Part shown: positions 27,903 through 37,843 of the stretch, one piece after another | Position numbering within the stretch: the stretch's first letter is position 1 | Layout: each line of letters begins with the position of its first letter | Assembly (NCBI GenBank): GCA_965656495.1 | Contig: CBFHKU010000002.1 | Location: forward strand, 96,001-160,000 | Length of the DNA stretch: 64,000 bases | Direction of reading: 5' to 3' | From: Coraliomargaritaceae bacterium | GTDB lineage: Bacteria > Verrucomicrobiota > Verrucomicrobiia > Opitutales > Coraliomargaritaceae | Notes under the pieces: model-generated | What the model was told of the DNA's origin: nothing | Databases searched by the model: none | Seen by the model: only the letters and a program-made list of their open reading frames with translations | Made by a program: the position numbers and the translations under genes

Positions 27903-29573
27903 ATGTACATGAATTCCTGCCTCAAATCCACCTGCGGTAATCTGCGGATCATACTCTTAATAGTTGTCACATTCGCCCTATCCATTGCTGGCCTGAGCAA
28001 ACTCGCTGCTAGTGCGACCAAGCAGCCTAACATCATCTTCTTCCTGGTCGATGACTATGATAAGCCCGAAACCAGTCCTTACGGCGGCAATGTGCTCACC
28101 CCAAACCTCGACCGCCTCGCACGCGAGGGCATGCTTTTTAATAATGCCTACGTAACCAGCACTGTGTGCACCCCGTCCCGTTACACGATGCTAACCGGGC
28201 GCTATGCCGGGTCATCGCATTCGAATAAATTCCTCAGCGAATTTCCCTTGGGCACTCAGTCCCTCCCCGCTTTCAATGTCGCCCTCGAAGACGACAATAT
28301 GAACGTCGGCGCGGTCTTAGCAAAGAACGGCTATGCCACTGGCTTTGTCGGAAAATACCACGTTGGCCCCGAACATGATGAGGCCTACGACAAAAAGCAT
28401 GGCATTCACCCAATGCCAAAGAATACCGAATACACCGACGAGCTCAACCAGCACAAATTCAACAACGAAAAGATCTACCGCGAACTAGTCAAAGAGCGCG
28501 GCTTCACCTGGGCGAAAAACATCTACTGGGGCAACATGAAGGCTCCCTTCAAAGGCCACAACCCGGAATGGACCACCGCAGCCGCAGTCGAATTTATCGA
28601 AGAACACAAGAACCAGCCATTCTACCTGCACGTATGTTCGACGCTCCTCCACGGCCCCAACAAAGAATGGCACAATTCATTGACCACGAGAGAACGCATG
28701 AGTGGCGAAGGCATACTGGAACAACCAATCAACAGCCAGCCCTCACGTGAATCCGTCCTCAAACGCGTCAAGGAAGCCGGATTGACTGAAGAAGAAGTCG
28801 GCTACACCTGGATGGACGACAGCGTCGGCGTCCTCCTCAACAAGCTCGATGAACTCGGCATCGCCGACAACACCATCTTCATTTTTGTATCCGACCACGG
28901 CTCCAGTAACAAAGGCTCGGTCTTCCGCACCCGCGCTATGGAAGTCCCCTGCATCATACGCTGGCCAAACGGTATCAAGGCTGGCACCGTCACAGATGAA
29001 CTCATGCAAAGCACCGACTTTGTCCCCACTTGGTTTGATGTGACCGACGCAAAGGTTCCCACAAACTACCCGATGGACGGAACAAGCTTTTCCTCCCTGT
29101 TCAAAACGCCCCACAAGCCCTATCGCGACTATGTTTACGGCGAAATGGGAAGTGCCCGCTCCATCAAGACCAAAGAATGGGGACTCATCACACTCCGCTA
29201 CCCTGCAGAAATTGTCGCCCTCGATGGACGCAAAATCAAACAACTAGGAGGTCTCAGCGGGGGTATTTCACGCGCCGGAAATACACATAAGCACGCTTTC
29301 GAAGCTGACCAACTCTACAACTTCGCGCAGGATCCGGCAGAGCAGAATAACCTGGCATACAATCCAGAATACGCCACTCAGCTCAAGACTATGAAAGAGC
29401 TGCTAACCCTCACCTTAAAGCAGTTCCCCGATCGCCCCTATGGTGAATTGGTCCCTGGTGGCAACGCCCGTGGAGCCGAAGCAAGCGAACCCATCCTCCA
29501 GAGCCTGAAAGAATCTTACACGGGGGAATCCAAGGGTAAAAAAGGAAAAAAAGAGAAAAAGAAAAAGAAATAG
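27903..29573 (+). CDS. S1 sulfatase with poly-Lys C-terminal tail
   Basis: QPNIIFFLVDD, CTPSR, GKYH, SDHG; ends SKGKKGKKEKKKKK. Confidence 0.92.
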   Translation: MYMNSCLKSTCGNLRIILLIVVTFALSIAGLSKLAASATKQPNIIFFLVDDYDKPETSPYGGNVLTPNLDRLAREGMLFNNAYVTSTVCTPSRYTMLTGRYAGSSHSNKFLSEFPLGTQSLPAFNVALEDDNMNVGAVLAKNGYATGFVGKYHVGPEHDEAYDKKHGIHPMPKNTEYTDELNQHKFNNEKIYRELVKERGFTWAKNIYWGNMKAPFKGHNPEWTTAAAVEFIEEHKNQPFYLHVCSTLLHGPNKEWHNSLTTRERMSGEGILEQPINSQPSRESVLKRVKEAGLTEEEVGYTWMDDSVGVLLNKLDELGIADNTIFIFVSDHGSSNKGSVFRTRAMEVPCIIRWPNGIKAGTVTDELMQSTDFVPTWFDVTDAKVPTNYPMDGTSFSSLFKTPHKPYRDYVYGEMGSARSIKTKEWGLITLRYPAEIVALDGRKIKQLGGLSGGISRAGNTHKHAFEADQLYNFAQDPAEQNNLAYNPEYATQLKTMKELLTLTLKQFPDRPYGELVPGGNARGAEASEPILQSLKESYTGESKGKKGKKEKKKKK

Positions 29574-29769
29574 AGCGGAGGCTATCATTTGAGGCAGCCA
29601 AGATAATGACTGATGCAACAGTCCATTACCGCGCGAAATCGACGCAGCACATTACGCTCACTCAGCTCTACTGAATTCGCCTTGCCATTCGATCAGGCAA
29701 AACTGTTGCACGGGATTTTAGCCCACCTTGACCCCTGAGTCATGCAAAACAAATGCTACTGCCGCTAAA
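29571..29769. mobile_element. Degenerate MITE-like element
   Basis: Left end TAGAGCGGAGGCTATCATTTG versus right-end reverse complement TTTAGCGGCAGTAGCATTTG; internal TGCAACAGT/ACTGTTGCA inverted pair. Confidence 0.35.
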
Positions 29770-29954
29770 GCACGTAGCTCCTACTGAGCTCCGCCACCGA
29801 TCCCATAAATACGGCTTACGTTTAACCTGAGCCAAAAAGCACCTCCGAGAGCGCCAGATTGTGCCGGCAATCCGTCTCTAAAACCTCCGCCAAACCCAAA
29901 TTTCGCTCTATTCCGGAAGCTTCCACTCGATATGACAATGAACCCTCTGTTTCG

Positions 29955-30020
29955 TTGGCGGAATTCGCATCTTTTTTTGGCGCAAAAAACCAAGTCAATA
30001 AGGTTGATATATGAGATTAT
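29955..30020 (+). promoter_or_regulatory. Regulon promoter cassette, copy 3
   Basis: TTGGCG(29955)-N16-TTGGCG(29977)-N7-CCAAG(29990)-N17-TGA-GATTAT; the extra spacer base lies in a T7 run. Confidence 0.82.
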
Positions 30021-30223
30021 AAAACTCTTTCATTCATACTCCAAGTGCATCCTTAAGTCATTTGGGTGACGGACAAAAGTCCCATACCAAATCACGATAT
30101 TTAAACCTATCGGGCACCGTTACGAGAACATCGCCAAACTCCACCATAAGCACTCCGACCGTCATCGAAATTCAACCTTACCTAAGCCCGGATAGATCAA
30201 AGTCCTTTTTTGAGAAAACAGTA

Positions 30224-31651
30224 ATGATCCCCGCCCACATCAAACGATTCCTTCTCGCATCTGCAGTTATTGCCCAGCTTTTCACCCCGAGTTTTGCCGA
30301 TCCTAATAAGGACAAACTCAATGTCATCCTGATCGTTGTTGATGATCTTCGAACCGAACTGAACTGTTACGGCGTCGATACAGTGCATTCGCCCAACATC
30401 GATCGTTTGGCTCGGAAAGGCATGCGCTTTGAACATGCCTATGCGCAATATCCGGTATGCAACCCAAGCCGTGCATCCTTTTTGTCTGGCTTGCGACCCG
30501 ATGAAGTCGGCATCACCTCAAACACCACTCCCCTACGCCGGATTCAACCCGACCTCGTCACGCTGCCACAACTCTTTCGCGAAAACGGCTATTACACTGC
30601 CGGGCTTGGAAAAATCTACCACCTTAGCCTTGATGAGACCAATGAGCGTGGAAAAAAAATCCTATTCCAAGATCCGCTGTCATGGGACTACTTTTTTGAT
30701 GCGCTCGGAAAAACGACCCCCGTAGGCAAGAAAGGTGAAGGTCGCAACCTGACGGATGGCAAAGTACCATGGGCACACTGGAGAGCAACTGAAGGCGGTG
30801 ATGAAGACCAGCCCGATGGACAAATCGCAGCAGAGGCAATTCGCGTCCTAGAGAAGTACCATGATGCGCCCTTCTTCATCGGCTACGGAATCCACAAGCC
30901 ACACGACCCCTTTATCGCCCCCAACACTTACTTCGAGCTTTACCCGGAGGGCAGCACTCCGCTGGCGGATCAACCCAAAGACCGCATCAAACCACCCAAA
31001 CTCGCAGTGCCAAACGCTCGAGACTTTGCCAATTTCACAGACCGGGAGCGAAGTGAATTCAAACGCGCCTATCATGCATGTGTTAGCTTTGCAGATGCAC
31101 AAGTTGGTAAACTTTTCGAAACAATGGATCGTCTGGAGCTCTGGGATAACACCATTGTCATCCTAATGGGAGATCATGGTTACCACCTCGGCGAGCATGA
31201 CTGGTGGAACAAGGTGACACTTTTTGAGAACGGCGCTCGCTCCCCCATGATCATTTGGATTCCGGAAGCTGCCGGCATGGGCAGATCGACTGATTCGATT
31301 ATGGAATTCGTCGATCTCTACCCGACTCTCACCGATTATACAGGCCTCAAAGCACCTCATAAACTATCAGGTATCAGCCTGAGACCCGTTCTTGAGGATC
31401 CAAGCGCCCAAACAAAAGTAGCAGCGTACACACAAGTTAATCGTGGTGACCGCGTCGGACGCACAGTCCGCACTGCTCGTTGGCGCTACACCGAGTGGGG
31501 CAAAGATGGAAAATATGGCATCGAGTTATACGACCACAATAAAGACAGCGGAGAATACTACAACTTGGCAGAAAATCCCGAACATGCCCGCCTTCTTAGC
31601 CAAATGAAAAAAGGCCTGGAGCAAGGATTTGGCCCGTACAATGGAGAATAA
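30224..31651 (+). CDS. S1 sulfatase, iduronate-2-sulfatase/choline-sulfatase-like
   Basis: NVILIVVDDLR, CNPSR, GKIYH, HKPHDPF and GDHGYHLGEHDWWNK. Likely start ATG 30224 gives a signal peptide. Confidence 0.9.
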   Translation: MIPAHIKRFLLASAVIAQLFTPSFADPNKDKLNVILIVVDDLRTELNCYGVDTVHSPNIDRLARKGMRFEHAYAQYPVCNPSRASFLSGLRPDEVGITSNTTPLRRIQPDLVTLPQLFRENGYYTAGLGKIYHLSLDETNERGKKILFQDPLSWDYFFDALGKTTPVGKKGEGRNLTDGKVPWAHWRATEGGDEDQPDGQIAAEAIRVLEKYHDAPFFIGYGIHKPHDPFIAPNTYFELYPEGSTPLADQPKDRIKPPKLAVPNARDFANFTDRERSEFKRAYHACVSFADAQVGKLFETMDRLELWDNTIVILMGDHGYHLGEHDWWNKVTLFENGARSPMIIWIPEAAGMGRSTDSIMEFVDLYPTLTDYTGLKAPHKLSGISLRPVLEDPSAQTKVAAYTQVNRGDRVGRTVRTARWRYTEWGKDGKYGIELYDHNKDSGEYYNLAENPEHARLLSQMKKGLEQGFGPYNGE

Positions 31652-31801
31652 TAGCATATATCATGTTGCGTTCCATCAAGTTCCATGCGAGCCATCAAAA
31701 AACAAAAAAAAGACCCTAATTTTCAAATTATGAAACCAATTATATCTTCCTGAAATAAACCCCATTCACTCCCTCCGAGTAAAACCAATCCCCATTGAGA
31801 G

Positions 31802-34800
31802 ATGCAAAAAGTAAGCCACCCCGGAACTCGTGCAAATCCCGCGAGAAAAGGCTTCGCACTCGTCCTGAGCCTTTCGCTTATGAGTTTCATACTTCTGATG
31901 CTCCTAGCCTTCACGACGCTGACACGCGTAGAAACGGATTCCTCGAAGACCGCGCTCAATCAATTACACGCGCAACAACAGGCAATATTGGGCTTACAGC
32001 TGGCTCTAGGCGAATTACAGAAAAGTACCGGCCCTGACCAACGCGTCTCCGCACCGGCAGATCTGCTGTCCGCAACCCACGAAAGTCGTGCGAATGTAGT
32101 CGGTGTCTGGTCGCGCAATGATCAACTAATCAATTGGCTTGCATCCGATGCACGAGACACCAACGGCACCCTTAGAACTGATTACAATACCTATGAGATG
32201 CCCGATGAAGAAGGCAGTGACAGTATTGTTATGGTAGGCACAGGCAGCCTCACAAACCCGAACAGCACCGCAATCTCAGCAGGCAAGAAAATCGTCCTGA
32301 ATACCGCAAACACACGTACCTTGGGAAATAACGGAGAACAAACCGGGCGCTTTGCATGGTGGATTGGCGATGAAGGCACCAAGGCAAAGATCAATCGCAG
32401 CAGAGAACAGACCCTAAATCTAGAACGCTCAATACTAGAACTATCCAGCCCAAGCATCACTCGCCCCGATGTTTTAGATGGCCTCAGTGATATCGATTTT
32501 TTTGCGGCAAAGGATGCCAGCAGTTTGATTAAACTTGCTGACTTGGAACTACTCGAAGGTGGCAAAGAGGGTATCGGCAACCCCTACTTCCACGACCTTA
32601 CCACCTATTCAGTGGGGCTCATGGTCGACGTTAAAAACGGCGGCTTGAAAAAAGACCTCTCACTCGCTTTCGAAATGGATGATGCTGATTTTAATGCGTC
32701 AGAATTCGGCTCGGGTGGTTTAAACACGATCAACGCCCCAGGCGTTGGCGAAGTACAACCAATTTTCACAATCGCTGCAAATGGTGCCCATGGCCCCGTG
32801 TGGCACCTCCTTCGTGATTACTATCGGCTCTATCATTTGATCGAAAACCCATGGAATGACCCCAAATTAGATGCTCGGGTCTTTGGCCCCAACATGAACC
32901 ACAGCAGACTGAATATGCCGAGAAAAGCATTCAACGACTCTGCAGTCAATATTGACTGGCAACCAGCCATCGCCATGGCTGGCGGCAAGGCGAAACTGCA
33001 ACCACATACCTTCGGTAAGGATGAGGGGCAGGCACTCATAAGCGATCAAGACAGCATAACCACAGGTCGAGGCGATCAAAAAGATGCAAATGCGGTGATT
33101 GAGTTCTCAATGAATCCTGAAGACTCCATCAGACAATCCAACGGTGATCCACTCAATGGCGGAGGGACCATGCCGATCATGTTGTCTGCAAACTACATGC
33201 CTTACATGATGCGCTATCTCGGTGAAACTGGCGTGTGGTTTGGCACGAAAAAGCCAAAGACAGATGATCCGGACGACCCTGAAACCATGTCGACCTTAAA
33301 CATCGCTAGTCGTGAACGCTTCATCATGCACAATCCATACAACGTGACCTTAGTGCATGGTGATATTGCGATTGATGCCTTTGGTGGTGAGCTCGGATTC
33401 CACCTGTTTGATAAGGACGATAAGTCGATTAAATTCAAAGAAGTTGGAAAAGATAAGGACACCGGAAACAAAGTGCTGGAGGACGTGAAGGACGGCACAT
33501 GGATGCAGGTTTCAAGGCGAAAACTTCGCATGCAAGCCAACGAATTAGAACCCGGGCAGATCATCACCTACCAAGCGAACGACTATGGTAGTAACAATTA
33601 CTCCGCGATTGGAACCGACCCGACATGGCACCACTTTAAAACAAGCAATAAGGACGGAAATGACGGCTGGCTCTTTGAGCCGCCCGTGGATGATGCAAAT
33701 CCACTGACTCTCGCCGTCTTTGGCTCAGATATCACCAATATCATGCGGACAGGAAGCTTAGGGAACCAAAACGAAGTGAGCTTCTCGACGCTCTTTTTCT
33801 CTACCCACCTCAGAGACGGCAATGCGCAAAGGAATGACAAAACAATCGAGCATCGTTGGCCGATGGCTTCAGTCATCGACACTGCGGTCGTTCTGCCTGG
33901 ATCGAAATTTGATGGCACAGATAAGCCATCTGGCCTTGCACATTTCTACCCCGAAGCAACTGACTCAAAGAAAATCTACCCCTATTATCTCTCCAATGAG
34001 GTGAATACATTCACGATCACACCTGCTGATTTAGCGATTCATAGCACGCAGAATAACGCCAAGCCGATGCTCACTCTTGATGTGCTACTCAAGCCAGCAG
34101 AATACGATCGTAGCAACACACGCTACCCCGCCTTCACACGATCGAATCCACTGGCACCCGTCAAAGACAACAAGAACCTCCTCCCGCTGGATGATCTGAC
34201 CAATGATACTGACACCCTTAAGGGCGGCTTTCCAAAAGTCTCGCCAGACATGGCTGTCGATTACACCAACTCCTCCACGATGGGACTCACCGGTGCGTTA
34301 AACACCTGGGGACCGACGGATGGTATGATTGCTCGTGTCGATGCACCCGTGCTCATCGAGTTACCAACTAGCCCAGTGCTATCGATCGGTAAACTGCAGC
34401 ATGCCAACCTCAGTGTGCATGCGCATATGCCCGCACTTGCAGTCGCCAATTCACTCGCATCCGTCTACATTCCACCTGCTAAAACCTACGAAACTTACCA
34501 AAATAACTACGGAAAAAACCGTGTCTTTTACGATTTATCCTACCTGATGAATGAAGCCCTCTGGGATGGCTATTTTTTCTCTAGTCTATCAGTCCCGTAT
34601 GATGACACTGACTTTTATAGCCCGGTAACCGGCAAGATCCTTGAAACATTTAATAATGCCTTTGAAACGGGCACAACGCCACTACCCAATCCACGTAACA
34701 AGCTCTTCACGATCGCTGGTGAAGATTCAAAGAGCGTAGAAGAAAAATTATTCGACGGCAATGCGATCAAAGAAGACGCTTACAAACGAATCGCCGAAAA

Positions 34801-35632
34801 CCTCGTATGTGACGGTAGCTTTAACGTCAACTCAACCTCGGTCGATGCCTGGAGAACTGTACTTTCCGGTGCGCGTGACCTCTCCGTATATCAATCAGGC
34901 CAAAACTCCCCCACCCTTATCCCCAACGCTTCCACTACCTTCCTTCGACACAATCGGCCTAAAGAAGGTTACTGGGATGGCGTCAGTGATCTGGATAAAG
35001 AAGCATGGGCAGGCTTCCGCTCACTCTCCGACGCGAATATTACCGACCTCGCGGAGGCAATTGTTACCGAGCTCAAAGCACGCGTGGCGAATAACAACAA
35101 TCAGCCATATTTATCCCTCGGCGATTTTGTCAATCGAGAGCTAGAGGACTCCGAATCAGGTCGTTGCGGCTTACTGCAAGCCGCCATCAATCGTGCAGCA
35201 CTGAATCAAAGCTTCTTGGATAACAGCCTCTCTACAATTGATAGTAGTAGCCTCAGCAACCCCACGATCGGTAAATTCAACTCACCGGATAATATTCTTG
35301 AAGCATGGATCAGTAATGCGACTGCAAGCATGTCCGCTCCGACCTATCTAATGCAGGCCGACATTTTACAGGCGATTGGCTCCTTCATCAGTGTGCGTAG
35401 TGATACCTTTAAAATACGCTCCTATGGCGATTACAGAGATCCATTAACCGGAGAGGTGCTCTCAGAGGTCTGGTATGAAGCCATTGTTCAACGCATTCCC
35501 GAACCAGTCACTCCGGATGGCGCTTTCACTCCAGCGCAACCCGAATACTGGAATGCCGCCCGCCCTGAAAACCCATTCGGCCGCCGCTACAAGATTATTT
35601 CGATCCGTCAACTCCCGCAAGGTGAGGTATAA
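31802..35632 (+). CDS. Giant pilin-like protein (Verru_Chthon cassette protein A / PilX-GspK-like)
   Basis: Prepilin site RKG|FALVL plus hydrophobic helix with no Glu5; ALGELQKSTGPDQRVSA, FAWWIGDEGTKAKIN, GGLKKDLS, FNVNSTSVDAW, RSDTFKIRSYG and FGRRYKIISIR blocks. Confidence 0.75.
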   Translation: MQKVSHPGTRANPARKGFALVLSLSLMSFILLMLLAFTTLTRVETDSSKTALNQLHAQQQAILGLQLALGELQKSTGPDQRVSAPADLLSATHESRANVVGVWSRNDQLINWLASDARDTNGTLRTDYNTYEMPDEEGSDSIVMVGTGSLTNPNSTAISAGKKIVLNTANTRTLGNNGEQTGRFAWWIGDEGTKAKINRSREQTLNLERSILELSSPSITRPDVLDGLSDIDFFAAKDASSLIKLADLELLEGGKEGIGNPYFHDLTTYSVGLMVDVKNGGLKKDLSLAFEMDDADFNASEFGSGGLNTINAPGVGEVQPIFTIAANGAHGPVWHLLRDYYRLYHLIENPWNDPKLDARVFGPNMNHSRLNMPRKAFNDSAVNIDWQPAIAMAGGKAKLQPHTFGKDEGQALISDQDSITTGRGDQKDANAVIEFSMNPEDSIRQSNGDPLNGGGTMPIMLSANYMPYMMRYLGETGVWFGTKKPKTDDPDDPETMSTLNIASRERFIMHNPYNVTLVHGDIAIDAFGGELGFHLFDKDDKSIKFKEVGKDKDTGNKVLEDVKDGTWMQVSRRKLRMQANELEPGQIITYQANDYGSNNYSAIGTDPTWHHFKTSNKDGNDGWLFEPPVDDANPLTLAVFGSDITNIMRTGSLGNQNEVSFSTLFFSTHLRDGNAQRNDKTIEHRWPMASVIDTAVVLPGSKFDGTDKPSGLAHFYPEATDSKKIYPYYLSNEVNTFTITPADLAIHSTQNNAKPMLTLDVLLKPAEYDRSNTRYPAFTRSNPLAPVKDNKNLLPLDDLTNDTDTLKGGFPKVSPDMAVDYTNSSTMGLTGALNTWGPTDGMIARVDAPVLIELPTSPVLSIGKLQHANLSVHAHMPALAVANSLASVYIPPAKTYETYQNNYGKNRVFYDLSYLMNEALWDGYFFSSLSVPYDDTDFYSPVTGKILETFNNAFETGTTPLPNPRNKLFTIAGEDSKSVEEKLFDGNAIKEDAYKRIAENLVCDGSFNVNSTSVDAWRTVLSGARDLSVYQSGQNSPTLIPNASTTFLRHNRPKEGYWDGVSDLDKEAWAGFRSLSDANITDLAEAIVTELKARVANNNNQPYLSLGDFVNRELEDSESGRCGLLQAAINRAALNQSFLDNSLSTIDSSSLSNPTIGKFNSPDNILEAWISNATASMSAPTYLMQADILQAIGSFISVRSDTFKIRSYGDYRDPLTGEVLSEVWYEAIVQRIPEPVTPDGAFTPAQPEYWNAARPENPFGRRYKIISIRQLPQGEV

Positions 35633-35666
35633 CTCAAGTGCCACCCCAATAAAGAACACTTCGCTC

Positions 35667-36380
35667 ATGCTCATCCGTCACATTCTGATTATCACACTCG
35701 CTGCATGCGCAACGGCACTTAACGCACAGAATAAGCCGGCACAAGTACGACTCACCGCACTGTCGCTCAACGCAAGAATTCTGGATCTCAAGTATGAGAG
35801 TCAGGGAAAAGTCGGGTCGCTCCACGCCTACAAAAACAAACGTTCCAAAGCCTTTGATTATACTGGGCCTAGAACCATTACCTTTTTTCGTGAATCGGGC
35901 GCATTAGATGAAGATGGAAATCCTGTGCGCACGACTGTTGCGACCTGCAAACTGCCGAGTAAACGCGGTCAATTCTTACTCATCCTATCCAAGTTAGATA
36001 AGAACAAAGAAGCCTATACAATTCTCCCAATCGCAGACGACTGGGATCAATTCAAATCCGGCACCTATCGTTTCCTGAATTTAGCCCCCTTCGACATTGC
36101 ACTGAAGCTCAAGGATACCGTGCACACGATCAAAGAACGGAATTTCACCGATGTCAGTGGGGATTTCAAAGACGACAGTAACCAAAAAGCTATTATGGTC
36201 AGCTTACCAGATGGCGAAAATCCAGTCCGTGTCTTTGAAGGCTATATCTACTACACAGAAGAACTACGTATGCTCTATATCATCACCCCAAAACCGGGAA
36301 ACCGCGCAGGACGCGTGAACTTCATCGCAGTTCCACAAAATGTAAATTCGAGACAAACCACGTCCAAACAGAAAAATTAG
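35667..36380 (+). CDS. Secreted hypothetical beta-rich protein, partner of the giant pilin
   Basis: Start ATG 35667, 34 bp after the pilin stop; signal peptide MLIRHILIITLAACATALNA; FDYTGP..ITFFRE and YRFLNLAPFDI motifs. Confidence 0.7.
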   Translation: MLIRHILIITLAACATALNAQNKPAQVRLTALSLNARILDLKYESQGKVGSLHAYKNKRSKAFDYTGPRTITFFRESGALDEDGNPVRTTVATCKLPSKRGQFLLILSKLDKNKEAYTILPIADDWDQFKSGTYRFLNLAPFDIALKLKDTVHTIKERNFTDVSGDFKDDSNQKAIMVSLPDGENPVRVFEGYIYYTEELRMLYIITPKPGNRAGRVNFIAVPQNVNSRQTTSKQKN

Positions 36381-36425
36381 CGAAACTCACCAACAATTCC
36401 TTTTAAATTTAACAAGACAAAAAGC

Positions 36426-37733
36426 ATGAATAATAAACATAACACTCTCCGCCGGGACTTCCTGAAGCAATCCGCAGCTGCGGCTGGCTATCTTCTTGGA
36501 GCTCCCATGATTATCAAATCCGAAGTGCTCGGTAATTCCAAAAAGGCGTCCGCCAACTCACGGCTGGGCATCGGCTTCATCGGCACCGGACTCATCGCAG
36601 ATGGGCATTTGAAAACCTTTGCTGGCATGAAGGAGGTTCAAGCCGTCGCTGCCTGCGATGTTCGCCAGAGCAGCCTCGACGAAGCGCTTACAAAACTCGC
36701 GAAAAAAGGCGCTACCTCGGTCCAAGCGACCCGAGACTCTGATGAAGTGATTCAGAACCCGGATGTCGACATCGTCTGTATTTCGACACCCGACCATTGG
36801 CACGCAGCACTTGCGATCGCAGCAATGAAGGCAGGTAAGGATGTCTATGTTGAAAAGCCAATGACCATGACCGTCGAAGAAGGTAAAGCCGTATTGGCCG
36901 CGGAGCAGAAGTATGGTCGCATCCTTCAAGTGGGCTCACAACAACGCTCTACCGTCTATTTCCGTATCGCTGCAAACCTCGTGCGCAACGGCTTGATTGG
37001 TAATGTAAAGGAGATCTATTGCAGAATTGGAGATTTCCCGCTTCCACCCGAAAACGAACCCGTCGTCCCGGTTCCGGAAGGCTTCGACTATGATCGCTGG
37101 CTCGGACCAACCCCATTCTATGAGTATACAGACCATCGTGTTCTGGGCAAATTTGGTAATGGCTGGCGTTGCTACTGGGACTATGGTAACCGCAAGTTCG
37201 GCGACTGGGGCGCACACCACTTCGATATTGTGCAGTGGGCACTCGACCGCGACCACACCGGCCCGGTTGAGTTCATTCCGAAGGGATACAATGGCTCAGA
37301 ACACCATCACTACCGTTATGCAGATGGCATTACCGTATGGCGCGACAAGAAGCCTGCCGGCGTTGACCCGAAGGACAAAACTCAGATCCGCTTCATTGGC
37401 ACTGAAGGCGAAGTGCACGTTAGCCGTGGCAGTATTGAGACGATCCCCGTAGACCTACGCCGCACACGCTTCGGCCCCGGCGACATCCAAGTTTACGAGT
37501 CCAAGAACCACCGTCAAAACTTCATCGACTGCGTCATCTCACGTAAGAAGCCGATTTGCCCGGCAAGCGTAGGTCATCGCTCCGGAACCATTTGCCAAGT
37601 CGCCGCCATCGCCGAACGCACAGGCCGCGCCCTCAAATGGGATCCTAATGCAGAGCAAATCGTTGGCGACTCCGAAGCACAAGCCATGCAGGGCCGTCCA
37701 CGCCGCGCAGGCTACGAACTACCGACCCTATAG
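36426..37733 (+). CDS. Tat-exported Gfo/Idh/MocA oxidoreductase
   Basis: LRRDFLK, FIGTG, STPDHWH, YVEKP, QVGSQQRS and DWGAHHFD. Confidence 0.92.
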   Translation: MNNKHNTLRRDFLKQSAAAAGYLLGAPMIIKSEVLGNSKKASANSRLGIGFIGTGLIADGHLKTFAGMKEVQAVAACDVRQSSLDEALTKLAKKGATSVQATRDSDEVIQNPDVDIVCISTPDHWHAALAIAAMKAGKDVYVEKPMTMTVEEGKAVLAAEQKYGRILQVGSQQRSTVYFRIAANLVRNGLIGNVKEIYCRIGDFPLPPENEPVVPVPEGFDYDRWLGPTPFYEYTDHRVLGKFGNGWRCYWDYGNRKFGDWGAHHFDIVQWALDRDHTGPVEFIPKGYNGSEHHHYRYADGITVWRDKKPAGVDPKDKTQIRFIGTEGEVHVSRGSIETIPVDLRRTRFGPGDIQVYESKNHRQNFIDCVISRKKPICPASVGHRSGTICQVAAIAERTGRALKWDPNAEQIVGDSEAQAMQGRPRRAGYELPTL

Positions 37734-37843
37734 TTAGTGTGATTTAACAACATCACACCATTCGCAGCTTCTTAATTTACAAGGCATCACCCTGCCCCAA
37801 CCCATGAATTGAAATAAATATATTAATCTTAAAACCCCATCCA